A DNA stretch of 64,000 nt from an uncultured candidate division Zixibacteria bacterium (GCA_963702205.1 OY969724.1:192001-256000); one strand, 5' to 3'; positions 47,083 through 56,337 are shown, counted from the stretch's first letter. A program made the numbers and translations. Notes: generated by a model from the letters alone, not told the origin.

Positions 47083-47667
47083 TCAGAGGTAGTCCCTCAA
47101 CCCGGCGTCTTCGAAGATCGTGCGCAGCTTCTTGATGGACTCGTAGATCGTTCCCCGCGGAATCCCGGTATCGCGGGAGATCTCCGTGACAGTGTCGGTG
47201 TCGAGACGCCGGCACAGTTCGCGCAGCTCGGGCGGGAGCTTTTCGATTGCCTGGCGGACATCTACGGAGAGATCGCGCAACTCGGCCGCAGGGCGTGAAA
47301 GTCTGCCCGTGCGGCGCATGTAATCCTCCTGGTCGATGGTCTCCATGCGCTCGACGGAGCCGCCTTGTTCGTCTTCAAAGCGGTCGTTGAGCGAACAATT
47401 GCAGAGACGGTAATCCCGCAGGCCGGCCTTCCGCGCCTCGATGATGGTGGCGATCTTGTGTTCCACCACGCGGGCGATGAAGGTGTTGCGCTGGGCACGG
47501 TCGGGGTTGTACTTGGGCAGGCGTTGGAGCAGGTCCATCAGCATCTCCTGCTCCAGGTCCTCGCGGTCGGACTCGGTGAAGCCCACCCGTCCGACCAGTT
47601 GTCTCGCCTTGTACTTGATGATCTGAACGGCATACTCGTCGATTCCTTCGTAGCGTTTGAAACCCAT
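47083..47667 (-). CDS. Phage sigma-70 family (ECF-like) sigma factor
   Basis: DREDLEQE region 2, YNPDR...TF..RV, AIEKLP..LR and EISRDTGIPRGTI region 4 HTH. Confidence 0.85.
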   Translation of the reverse strand: MGFKRYEGIDEYAVQIIKYKARQLVGRVGFTESDREDLEQEMLMDLLQRLPKYNPDRAQRNTFIARVVEHKIATIIEARKAGLRDYRLCNCSLNDRFEDEQGGSVERMETIDQEDYMRRTGRLSRPAAELRDLSVDVRQAIEKLPPELRELCRRLDTDTVTEISRDTGIPRGTIYESIKKLRTIFEDAGLRDYL

Positions 47668-47849
47668 CTGAGCCTCCTCGGGGCCGAGGAGGAGCTCGTG
47701 TGGGTGTCGACCTACGCCGGGACGACCGCTCTAAATGAAGCGAGCGGAGGTGTTGCGAGTACGCCGGTATCGGCGACACCCACAACGACCTCCGCTCTGC
47801 GGCCAGTCTGTTGTCTGGTGATGGACCGTGCTCTATGGCCGGGTCTGAA

Positions 47850-48182
47850 TCAGACCCGGACCGCGTCCGCCACGGTCATGCGGACGGGCAATCCGTTGTC
47901 GATCATGAGTTCCTGGATCGAGAGCGAACGCTCCCGGTCGAAGACCTCGAACAGCTCCGCCACCTTCTTTTTCAGGGCGAAGCCATCGTTGCCGCGGGAT
48001 TCGTTCGGCCCATTGTCCTTGCCGAACAGGAAAAGCCGCAGCACGGTGGGCGGGGGATCGAAGACGGGCTCGCCGTCCCGGACATGAAGTCCCTCGATCC
48101 GTCCGTAGTTGACCTCCTGCATCAGCTCGACCAGGCGTTTCCTGGCAGGAGTCAGGGCCGCCTTTGTCACGACATCCGTCAT
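47850..48182 (-). CDS. Hypothetical protein
   Basis: 110 aa with AAGGAGG RBS. Confidence 0.7.
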   Translation of the reverse strand: MTDVVTKAALTPARKRLVELMQEVNYGRIEGLHVRDGEPVFDPPPTVLRLFLFGKDNGPNESRGNDGFALKKKVAELFEVFDRERSLSIQELMIDNGLPVRMTVADAVRV

Positions 48183-48218
48183 ACCGGACCTCCTTTCGCG
48201 CCCTCCGGCGCATCAACG

Positions 48219-48264
48219 AAAAACCCCCTGGGAGGCGGGTCCGGCGAATGGACCTCCCAGGGGG
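48219..48264 (-). terminator. Intrinsic terminator / attenuator
   Basis: 12-bp stem CCCCCTGGGAGG/CCTCCCAGGGGG followed by a U5 tract on the minus strand. Confidence 0.7.
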
Positions 48265-48490
48265 CGTTCACCCGGATCATCCGGGCGTTTCTTCCAGGGG
48301 TGAGGGTCTCGCCGGACCGTCACCCCTCTTTGGCGAAATTTCGATGAGAGGGGCGGGACGGCCTGGCGCGTCGATGGTGAAGGACAGGAAAATGCAGAGA
48401 TTTCAGGCAGATGCCTGAGTTACGGAGGGGAAACTTTTTTTAACTTTTTTTCCGGAGGTCCAGCGAAATTTCGCTGGGCCGGAAGATTGG

Positions 48491-49552
48491 CTATTCGTCG
48501 GGGGAGAGGAGGAAGAGCGCCTGCCAACCTTTTCCGTCGTCCGTCAGGCGGAAGGGATCGCCTTCGATGCGGAAGAAGTCGCGCAGGTTGGCGGCGAGAA
48601 GCTCGCGGCGTTTCTGGTTGCGTCTGTGGGCCTTGTTGCTGCTCCAGTCCAGAATGCCTCGCTCCTCGGCGAAGGTCTTGAGCAGTTCCCATTGAACGGT
48701 GGGGTTCCCATTCTTCTTATTGGCCATGCCCATCTGTGTGTAGTTGAACACGCCTCCAGCCGATTTCGCTTTGATGGAGACGGTATGCCCGTCCTTGAAG
48801 CGGATCGATACATCGCCCCACGACGCATCTGGAGGTGTGGGGAAAAAGGCTGTGGCACCATCCGCCTTCGGAGATGGCAGATTGGTCCCGCGGAATTGCG
48901 CCAGGATTTCATCGATGGGACGAAGGGGCCGAACTTGTCGCTTGTCACCGATGGCAACGTTCTCCGACAGGGACACAAAGCCCGACCGCTTGTCGGTCAG
49001 TCGCTTCTCCGCCTTCGCGGAGCAGAGTTCCCGCGTGGGAGACAAGAGAATGAACGGCGTGCCATTTCTCCCCAGGAGACCATCCAGCGCCTCGTTGAAA
49101 TCATCGGGCTCGATTTGGATCGCCAGGTAAACCGGGAAACGGTATCCGGCGTATGGAGAGTAAACGCCGATGCGCGTCGTTCCGGGAAGGTTGGTTCCCG
49201 CGTCAGTTTCTTCGATCAGGCCGAAGACTTTGGCGAGCGCCGTGTCGAGGGCCGGACGATCCAGCTCATAGACCACGATGTCGGATCGCTGTAGGGCAAA
49301 GGTCTCGCATCCACGCTCGCACCTGCAGACAGCGACGATGTCCTCCGGATCGTGCACGACCACTTCGTGTTCACAGCCGCAGCCGCGTTGAACCATACAG
49401 GGATGTGAAGATGCCAGCTTGCCGTTCGGACGGAGGAAGGCCTTCGCCGTCCCATAATCGTTCCCGAACCGGGCCTTCCACTCGGCATCCACGCCCGCCG
49501 AGCCTGGAACGGCTTCAAGCGCCTGCCAGAATCCGGTCGGGCTATTCGTCAT
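48491..49552 (-). CDS. Hypothetical protein, possible DNA-binding C-terminus
   Basis: Overlaps the upstream gene end; Cys-rich N-terminal patch. Confidence 0.7.
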   Translation of the reverse strand: MTNSPTGFWQALEAVPGSAGVDAEWKARFGNDYGTAKAFLRPNGKLASSHPCMVQRGCGCEHEVVVHDPEDIVAVCRCERGCETFALQRSDIVVYELDRPALDTALAKVFGLIEETDAGTNLPGTTRIGVYSPYAGYRFPVYLAIQIEPDDFNEALDGLLGRNGTPFILLSPTRELCSAKAEKRLTDKRSGFVSLSENVAIGDKRQVRPLRPIDEILAQFRGTNLPSPKADGATAFFPTPPDASWGDVSIRFKDGHTVSIKAKSAGGVFNYTQMGMANKKNGNPTVQWELLKTFAEERGILDWSSNKAHRRNQKRRELLAANLRDFFRIEGDPFRLTDDGKGWQALFLLSPDE

Positions 49553-50708
49553 CGTCTTCCTGCTCGGCCAGGATGAATCCGCGCTTCGTGAGCCAGTCCT
49601 CGACCACGGCGGCATCGCTGTCCCTGGTATACTGCGCGATGTTCGAGGGTCGGATGGTCACGGTCCGGGCCGTCTTGGAGTCGGTGAATTTCACTTGAAA
49701 GCTCGCCCGGATGATCCGCGCTTTCTGGGGCATGGCGCGGCTGCGTCCGGCGTAGGCGGCGAACACGTCGTTAGCCTTGCGTATCTCGATCTCCTTTTCG
49801 GAGCCGCCCCAGAAGAATTGAATCTCCTTTAGGCGTACCCATTCCATCCCATCCACGTCGGTGCAGACGATGGATGTGTCTCCGCCGTTTCGAAGCGGCT
49901 CGAGCGTGTACTTGCCGGTCTCAGGAAAGAAATCCTCATTGTTGAACACATGGCGGCCGAACTGTCTGCGGAAGAGGTCCTTTTCCCCTTTTCCGCACGC
50001 GTGCATCCGAATCTCGCCGATGGTTGGTTCATACACCAGGACGTCATACTTTTCTGGACGATAGAAGACGCTCGATGTTTGACCACCGTCGAGGCTGCCC
50101 TCGCGCCTCAATGGATCGCCGTGGCGCACCAGAAACCACACGGAATCCTTCTTGGGATAAACGAAGACTTTCGATCCCCGTCCGCGCTTCTTCTTCTCGA
50201 ACCAGTCGTCGAGGTCCTTTTCGAGGGCGGACAGCGTCTTAGCGGTCGGCGGTTTGAACTTGGGGATCGGATGCGTATCGGTCTGGAAGTATTCGAAGGA
50301 CCGGGGCTTCATGAGATACTGCTCGGCGTGCTTGCGCTCGAGAAGGTCCTTGTCCTGCAGGTAGACCTGAACGGCCACGTCGGCTGCGGTGGGGTCGGGG
50401 TTCCCGTCGAGGGAGATGCCGTTGTTCTCCGCTTCCTGGAGGAGGACGTCCATGGCTTCGGGCGTGGCCATCTCATGCACGAAGTAGAGTGCGTCGAGCA
50501 GTCCCTTCGGCGTGTCCGTATCCGGGTTCATGAGAACATTGACGAGTTGGTCGTAATCGATGCCGTCGGAGGCGGACGGCGGTGGCAACGTCAATCCTCG
50601 GCCGTCGAAGTAGGGCTTGTGAGGGTTCAGCAGAGCCAATAAATGCTCACGCGCGATGGCCTTGAGACCGTCGGCATGGGCAAAACGCCTGAGATTGTAC
50701 GTCGCCAT
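49542..50708 (-). CDS. Hypothetical protein
   Basis: 388 aa with AGGAGG RBS. Confidence 0.75.
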   Translation of the reverse strand: MATYNLRRFAHADGLKAIAREHLLALLNPHKPYFDGRGLTLPPPSASDGIDYDQLVNVLMNPDTDTPKGLLDALYFVHEMATPEAMDVLLQEAENNGISLDGNPDPTAADVAVQVYLQDKDLLERKHAEQYLMKPRSFEYFQTDTHPIPKFKPPTAKTLSALEKDLDDWFEKKKRGRGSKVFVYPKKDSVWFLVRHGDPLRREGSLDGGQTSSVFYRPEKYDVLVYEPTIGEIRMHACGKGEKDLFRRQFGRHVFNNEDFFPETGKYTLEPLRNGGDTSIVCTDVDGMEWVRLKEIQFFWGGSEKEIEIRKANDVFAAYAGRSRAMPQKARIIRASFQVKFTDSKTARTVTIRPSNIAQYTRDSDAAVVEDWLTKRGFILAEQEDDDE

Positions 50709-50735
50709 TCGTTCTTTCCTCCTTAGTTCTTATAG

Positions 50736-51404
50736 CTAGGCCGTCCCCGGCGTTTGAGTGTTCGAGCCGGGCCGCCTGACGGCGACGATCTTGCCGATGA
50801 TGCGCAGCCCGTCGTCGGGCCCCACGGGGATCGGTCGATGCTTCCGGTTTTCCGGTCTCAATTCAATTCTCTCGCCTCGTATATAAAGCCGCTTCACCGT
50901 GGCTTCGTCCTCCAACAACGCGACTACGATGTCACCGTTCTCCGCCACGGGCTGTTGTCGCACCACCACCAGGTCGCGCTCCCGGATTCCGGCGTCCACC
51001 ATGCTGTCTCCGGTCACTTCCAGGGCGAAGCACCGGCCTGCCCGGGCGATCCCGCCTTCGACCAGCACCTCTCCGATGATGTTTTCCTCGGCCAGGATCG
51101 GTTGGCCGGCCGCCACTCGGCCGATAATGGGGACGGCCACCAGATCCGGAACGTCATCCTCCGGATCGCGCAAGATGACGATGCCGCGGGCCTTTCTCGC
51201 CTCCCGCTTCAGATAGTCCTTCCGCACGAGCTGGCTCACTTGGCCATGGGCGCTGGCGTGCGATATCCCGAGGATGTCCGCGAGTTCCTTCATGGTCGGG
51301 GGGAACCCCCGCCGGTTCGTGAAGAGGCGGATCTCCTTCAATGTACGGCGCTGCGGCTCGGTTATTTCATGAACGGGGCGTCTGCCTCGTGGTCTTTGAT
51401 TCAT
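50736..51404 (-). CDS. lexA: LexA-like prophage repressor (wHTH plus S24 peptidase)
   Basis: GFPPT..EL, VAAG cleavage site, GDSM Ser, TVKR Lys. Confidence 0.92.
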   Translation of the reverse strand: MNQRPRGRRPVHEITEPQRRTLKEIRLFTNRRGFPPTMKELADILGISHASAHGQVSQLVRKDYLKREARKARGIVILRDPEDDVPDLVAVPIIGRVAAGQPILAEENIIGEVLVEGGIARAGRCFALEVTGDSMVDAGIRERDLVVVRQQPVAENGDIVVALLEDEATVKRLYIRGERIELRPENRKHRPIPVGPDDGLRIIGKIVAVRRPGSNTQTPGTA

Positions 51405-51494
51405 GTGTATCCTCAACCATCCAAGGGACTTGTCGTGAACAGCCACGGCCGCAGGGCCCGGTCGGGGCAAACTACGGCCACGTTACAGGCTGAT

Positions 51495-51523
51495 ATTATA
51501 CGACCTGATAGGCATCAGGTCAA
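51495..51523 (-). promoter_or_regulatory. Sigma70 promoter with overlapping palindromic operator
   Basis: TTGACC-17-TATAAT; GACCTGAT-AGGC-ATCAGGTC at 51502-51521. Confidence 0.85.
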
Positions 51524-51638
51524 TAGAAAAAATGTACATGAATCAGGAGGTTTGGGAAATTGCCGGCGGGGGATGAGAAGAGACATCGGTGATCGGACGG
51601 AGGGATACAGAGGCGGCCGGTTGCCCTGAGCTGGGTCG

Positions 51639-52070
51639 TCAGCTCATCCGCTCTGCGGTAAGCTTCGCCCACATCTTTCGTTGACGCGACCAGTGGGACA
51701 CGGCGGCAATGGGGCGGACCTCTTTCTCTCGAAGGCGGTCACGTCCTTTGACCGTCCGGGGCAGGAAGAGAATCGCCTCCTGGATGTCCGGGGCCAGGTT
51801 GAGCAGGTTCATGATCTGGGTGATGCGTGCGCGGGTCACATAGCCGAGTCTGGCCAGATCAGCGTAGTCCCGCACCTCGCCGCGCCGGACCAGTCCGTCG
51901 AAGCGGATCGCCAGGGCCATCAGCTTCGATACGCGGGGGATATTCCCCGGCTCGATGCAACGATCCTCGTCCCGAAGATCGTTGCCGTTCTTCCGGCCGT
52001 GTTTTGGTTTGAAGCTGAAGGAGATCTCCAGCCGACTCAGCCCTGTTCCGTCGGAGGCAGGATTTTTCAT
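51639..52070 (-). CDS. Recombinase-associated HTH protein
   Basis: ADLARLGYVTRARITQIMNLLNLAPDIQEAIL; ATGA-coupled to the recombinase. Confidence 0.75.
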   Translation of the reverse strand: MKNPASDGTGLSRLEISFSFKPKHGRKNGNDLRDEDRCIEPGNIPRVSKLMALAIRFDGLVRRGEVRDYADLARLGYVTRARITQIMNLLNLAPDIQEAILFLPRTVKGRDRLREKEVRPIAAVSHWSRQRKMWAKLTAERMS

Positions 52071-53683
52071 GCCGACACCTCCCGACTGCGCATGTCGGCC
52101 TCGCTGCACAGCGCCTTGACTCCCGGCGAGCGGAAGGTCACGGTCACTCTGCCGTCCCGCCCGTCATACCCGACACGCTCGATGAGGAGTCGGACGATCC
52201 GAGATTGTTCTCGGGGAGACAGCGACTCCCAGACAGGATCGAATACCGCCAGCGCCCGGACCAGGTCGCCTTCGTCCACGGCTTCTTTCTGGATCGCGAT
52301 GACCTCTTCGCGGATGGCGGTCATCCGCTGTTCTATGGTTCGAATCTGATCCTGAAGGTCGGCGAGCTGGTCCATGGCCGCACCTCCGTTCGAGACGGCG
52401 GTGAAGGACTCGCTCACCAACTTCTGGACCCTGATGTGCAGCCGTTTGAGTTCACGCTCGTGGCCGCGTTGTTCAGTTTCCAGTTCCGCCATGCGCTTGC
52501 CGCTTTCCTCCCGGACCTGTGCAGCAGTCGCCGCGATGATTTCCTCATCCTTGCCTATGCTTCGGATGTGTTCAACCACCGCGGTCTCGATCTCGTGCGC
52601 GTTGAGCGACTTGGTCGGGCAGGACGCCCATCCTCGTTGCTGGGCGTTCAGGCAGACGTAGTAGCGATAGCGTTTGCCGTTGTCCTTGGCGGTGTAGGTA
52701 TGCACCATGCCGGTGCCGCAGGGAGCGCAGTAGAGTAGTCCCTTCAAGAGCGCTCCGTACTTATTGCGCACCTCTTTTCCTCCGGTCCTGCCGTTCCGCC
52801 GGAGCGCATCCTGCACCTGCTGCCAAAGGTCGATGTCCACGATCCCGCTGTGTTCGCCGTTGTAGATGGTTCCCTGGTAGTCGACCTTGCCGGTGTAGAT
52901 CACGTTGGTCAGGAGCCGAAAGAGACTGTTCTTGGTGAAGGGCTTTCCGCCGCGCTCCTGGCCCTTCTTGGTGGTCCACCGTTTGGTATGCCAACCGCGG
53001 CGGTCGATCTCCTGGACGACAGGGATCATGGCCTTGTGCTCCAGGTAAAGCTGATATATCGCCCGGACCTGCGCGGCTTCGTCCTCGCTGACGATCAGCT
53101 TTCCACCTTTAGGGTCCACGTCATACCCGAGAACCGGCATCCCGCCGACCCACTTGCCCTTGCGGCGCGCGGCGGACATCTTGTCGCGTGTGCGCTCGGA
53201 TATGATCTCCCGCTCGAATTGGGCGAAGGAAAGCAGGATGTTCAAGGTGAGCCGCCCCATGGAGCTGGTCGTGTTGAACTGCTGGGTAACCGAGACGAAG
53301 CTCACGGAGTGCTTGTCGAAGATTTCCATCATGCGGGCGAAGTCCAGGAGGGATCTGCTGAGTCGGTCTACTTTGTAAACCACCACGCAGTCGATGTCGC
53401 CCGACTCGATGCCGGCAAAAAGCCGCTTAAGGGCGGGCCGCTCCATGTTACCGCCGGTGAAACCGCCGTCATCGAACCGATCCGGAATGCACACCCATCC
53501 CTCGTGACGTTGGCTCGCGATATAGGCCTCCGCGGATTCCCGCTGGGCGTCGAGCGAGTTGAACTCCTGCTCCAGCCCTTCCTCGGTGGACTTGCGCGTG
53601 TAGATCGCGCAGCGGATTGTCCCGTTGATCCTTGATACCGACTCCCGGGCTTCTCCCCGGCCACGGTTGTTGTTTCTGCTCAT
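52067..53683 (-). CDS. Large serine recombinase (integrase)
   Basis: YTRKS catalytic Ser, DRLSRS, recombinase domain, CxxC..RYYVC..C Zn ribbon, coiled coil. Confidence 0.95.
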   Translation of the reverse strand: MSRNNNRGRGEARESVSRINGTIRCAIYTRKSTEEGLEQEFNSLDAQRESAEAYIASQRHEGWVCIPDRFDDGGFTGGNMERPALKRLFAGIESGDIDCVVVYKVDRLSRSLLDFARMMEIFDKHSVSFVSVTQQFNTTSSMGRLTLNILLSFAQFEREIISERTRDKMSAARRKGKWVGGMPVLGYDVDPKGGKLIVSEDEAAQVRAIYQLYLEHKAMIPVVQEIDRRGWHTKRWTTKKGQERGGKPFTKNSLFRLLTNVIYTGKVDYQGTIYNGEHSGIVDIDLWQQVQDALRRNGRTGGKEVRNKYGALLKGLLYCAPCGTGMVHTYTAKDNGKRYRYYVCLNAQQRGWASCPTKSLNAHEIETAVVEHIRSIGKDEEIIAATAAQVREESGKRMAELETEQRGHERELKRLHIRVQKLVSESFTAVSNGGAAMDQLADLQDQIRTIEQRMTAIREEVIAIQKEAVDEGDLVRALAVFDPVWESLSPREQSRIVRLLIERVGYDGRDGRVTVTFRSPGVKALCSEADMRSREVSA

Positions 53684-54216
53684 TCGTTCCTCCTCTCGTG
53701 TTTTCGGCTTCCGCCCTTGGCCGCGCCATCGGCGATACCGAAGAAGAGGAACCCGTTCCACTTGCTCCCGGTGACCTCCTGGGCGATTGCGGAGAGGGAC
53801 TTGAAGCGGTGGCCGTCGAACTCGAATCCGTTGTCGAGGACCTTAACCACGACATCGCGCCCTTGAAACTCGCGGGCGAGCAAAGTGCCGGGCAGAGGCA
53901 GCCTCGGATCGCGCGACGGGGATATGCGGCCGGTCGCAGTTCTCGCTTTGACCTCGGCCGAACCAGAAGCGACCGGATCACGCGGAGCCCGCGTTCTCAA
54001 GTCAGCGTCATTGGCAAGTTCCTCGGCCCTGCGCCGGGCTCGCTCGGAAAGGCCGCCCTCGGCCAGGGATTGGATACGCCAAGCGATGCGCTTGCGAAGG
54101 AACTCCTTGTGGTAGGAGCGGGTCTCCTCCCCGAAGACCTCGAGGTATTTTCCCCGCAGCTCTCCGACTGTCATCCTGGAGAGTCCCTGGACCTCTTGAT
54201 ACGTCGTTGCTTCCAT
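53680..54216 (-). CDS. DUF2924-like protein
   Basis: LR.RIAWRIQ...GGL, PGT.L.REF.G, SLSAIA..VTG.KWNG..FFG. Confidence 0.85.
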   Translation of the reverse strand: MEATTYQEVQGLSRMTVGELRGKYLEVFGEETRSYHKEFLRKRIAWRIQSLAEGGLSERARRRAEELANDADLRTRAPRDPVASGSAEVKARTATGRISPSRDPRLPLPGTLLAREFQGRDVVVKVLDNGFEFDGHRFKSLSAIAQEVTGSKWNGFLFFGIADGAAKGGSRKHERRNE

Positions 54217-54283
54217 CCGAAACCTCCTTGGTTCATGGGCTTCGCCCTGGCGGGCGGTCCGTCCGCACCGCAATCTCAGGGCG

Positions 54284-54505
54284 TTAACTCGTGAATGAAT
54301 GAAGGCTTCGGTGGCCCGAAACATCAAGGCGTTTCTCTGTAAACGCCTCAGATTCTTCGACTTGCGCCATATGCGCCGCTCCGCCATCCAAATCAAAGGC
54401 GAGTCGGCGGCCTTTTCGATGGCGCATGTAGCCCCGGGCCAGGATCGTTGCGATCTCCGATGTCACCTCTTCAAGCGAGGCTGGAACGTGTTCGTTGGCC
54501 TGCAT
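54284..54505 (-). CDS. Small hypothetical protein
   Basis: MQANEH start with AGGAGG RBS; EIATILARGYMR. Confidence 0.6.
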   Translation of the reverse strand: MQANEHVPASLEEVTSEIATILARGYMRHRKGRRLAFDLDGGAAHMAQVEESEAFTEKRLDVSGHRSLHSFTS

Positions 54506-54712
54506 CCGGTCCTCCTTTGCGGGAGGCCGCGGAAGGGACCGCAGTGGATGCCGCCTGGGCGGGATAAGACCAGCCGTCCAAAGGGGCCGTTGGAGCCCGC
54601 CCGACACCGCATGAGGGCGATGTCGTCGGCACCCACAACGGTCTCCGTTCTCACGGCCGATTCCGCTGTCTGGTAATCCGCTTTCGCCGGACCACTTGAT
54701 CCGGCTTTCGTC

Positions 54713-54745
54713 GGATACCTACCGGAGGGGAGTTCGAAACGTCGA
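54713..54745 (-). promoter_or_regulatory. Phage bipartite promoter motif, copy 9
   Basis: TCGAC-N15-CCGGTAGGTATC upstream of the recombinase module. Confidence 0.72.
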
Positions 54746-55015
54746 AGCGGGTGCCCGGATGCAACCGGGCTGTTAAACAAGGCGACTCGAAAAACGGAGA
54801 ACGGGAGAATTCGGAGAGGACATTTTCGGTGAGCGCACGCAACCCCCACGGTTGCGCCCGAACCCCGAGCGGTGAGCTTCGAAATGGAGAATCAAGAAGG
54901 ATGTGAGAGGTGGCGTAAGTCGGCGTGGACACGCCTGAAACGACGAGACCCCGAGGGGATCACCCCACGGGGTCTTGCGTTAAACAAGAACCGCTGAAAT
55001 CAGCGGATTGAATTT

Positions 55016-55091
55016 TGGCTCCCCCGGCAGGACTCGAACCTGCGACCCGCTGATTAACAGTCAGCTGCTCTACCAACTGAGCTACAGGGGA
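55016..55091 (-). tRNA. tRNA-Asn (GTT)
   Basis: TCCCCTGTAGCTCAGTTGGTAGAGCAGCTGACTGTTAATCAGCGGGTCGCAGGTTCGAGTCCTGCCGGGGGAGCCA; 76-nt cloverleaf with CCA. Confidence 0.98.
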
Positions 55092-55270
55092 GTATAAAAT
55101 TTTCTCCACTTGCTTCGGCATTTCCGTCGGCCGAGGATTAGGCTTGTGAACTTACCACCCCTATCCTTCATGCAGACATTAAGGGCGATCAACGGCCAAG
55201 CTCATTGCTTTCTCCAGCCCTATTGCACGCTTCCGCGCCTGCCAAAGCTTCGTCTTTCAAGACGAATCAC

Positions 55271-55298
55271 ATTATATATCAAATGAACGTTTTGTCAA
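55271..55298 (-). promoter_or_regulatory. Sigma70 promoter, probably for the tRNA
   Basis: TTGACA-16-TATAAT. Confidence 0.75.
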
Positions 55299-55419
55299 GG
55301 CGAAATCACGCCTACCGGATACCATTCCATCCGGCCCTAAGACGGTCATTTACGTCCCTTATCGGCCATTGCAAAAAATCTCTATACATCCCGGCGGATA
55401 TTTCTTATTTTCTAAGCCC

Positions 55420-56223
55420 ATGGTTCGGTTGAAACGAAATATAAAAATAACCGTGCCGATATTCTCCCTGCTATTTATTACCCTGTTATCGGCAATCGGG
55501 GCAGACGCCTCGGAGTCGGCCCGAGAACACCCCGACGGCACCATCGGGAGTTTCAGCGTCTATATCAGCGGGCAATACCTATCCGTTTCCAGCACCAAAG
55601 GCCTGGTCACCCACGATCAACAGCGGGCCAATCTCGATCTGGCTTTCCCCGTCAACACGAGGATTGCGATTACCGGCGGCTACGGTATAGAACCCGATGA
55701 TACCCTGTTCCACCACGCGTCTCTGGGCCTGACGGTCTATACCAATCCGAACGATTCCGGCATATCCGCTGTTAACCCCGACGGCCCCATCGGTGCCCCG
55801 GTGATTTCGATCGGAGCGGCATCTAAAATCAGAGATGACAATACTTCGGATACCCGGTACGAATTCTCGGCCAAGCTGCTTGTTCCGTCGTCGCCTCACC
55901 TGACTGTCGGCGCCGGAATCAATCATTACGATAAAAGCGACCCGCTGATTATCGACGAGTTTTTCGGAACGGTCGCCTGGTTTTTCAAACGCTATGACCC
56001 GGACCTGCCTTATATCAACCCCGACGGTCTCCCCGGCTACCCCGTTTTTCGTCTGACCGGCGGCGGGAATGCCGACGGCCTTTTCGGGCAGTTGGACGTG
56101 GTCGTGCCCATGTCGCCGCGATATTCGCTGACCGTATGGGCCCGGGGCGAGAAAATTTCCGATTTCGGGATTAAAAAAGTCGGCGTCGGGGCCGGTATAA
56201 ATATATATCCCGGAAACAATTAG
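55420..56223 (+). CDS. Exported beta-rich hypothetical protein
   Basis: Signal peptide, three H/NPDG repeats, alternating beta strands; start uncertain. Confidence 0.65.
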   Translation: MVRLKRNIKITVPIFSLLFITLLSAIGADASESAREHPDGTIGSFSVYISGQYLSVSSTKGLVTHDQQRANLDLAFPVNTRIAITGGYGIEPDDTLFHHASLGLTVYTNPNDSGISAVNPDGPIGAPVISIGAASKIRDDNTSDTRYEFSAKLLVPSSPHLTVGAGINHYDKSDPLIIDEFFGTVAWFFKRYDPDLPYINPDGLPGYPVFRLTGGGNADGLFGQLDVVVPMSPRYSLTVWARGEKISDFGIKKVGVGAGINIYPGNN

Positions 56224-56337
56224 ATTTTCCAGCTCTCTCCTTTTTAATCCATACCATAAATATCTCCGAACTCGCGAGCCCGCCGGGAGTAAAAATATGT
56301 GCAAACATGGACTGAATTGAACCTCAAAGGAGTGCTT

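Larger units (their letters stand above)
1..54990 (-). mobile_element. Integrated contractile-tailed prophage, left end outside the window; right boundary approximate
   Basis: Integration, regulation, replication, packaging, head, tail and lysis modules; visibly lower GC after the tRNA. Confidence 0.93.

Noticed and set aside
54772..54988. GTTAAACAAG direct repeat at 54772 and 54979 as an att core
   Set aside because: Only 10 bp, about 200 bp apart; cannot be tested without the other prophage end
1..54990. Diversity-generating retroelement or retron
   Set aside because: No reverse transcriptase or TR/VR pair is visible in the window
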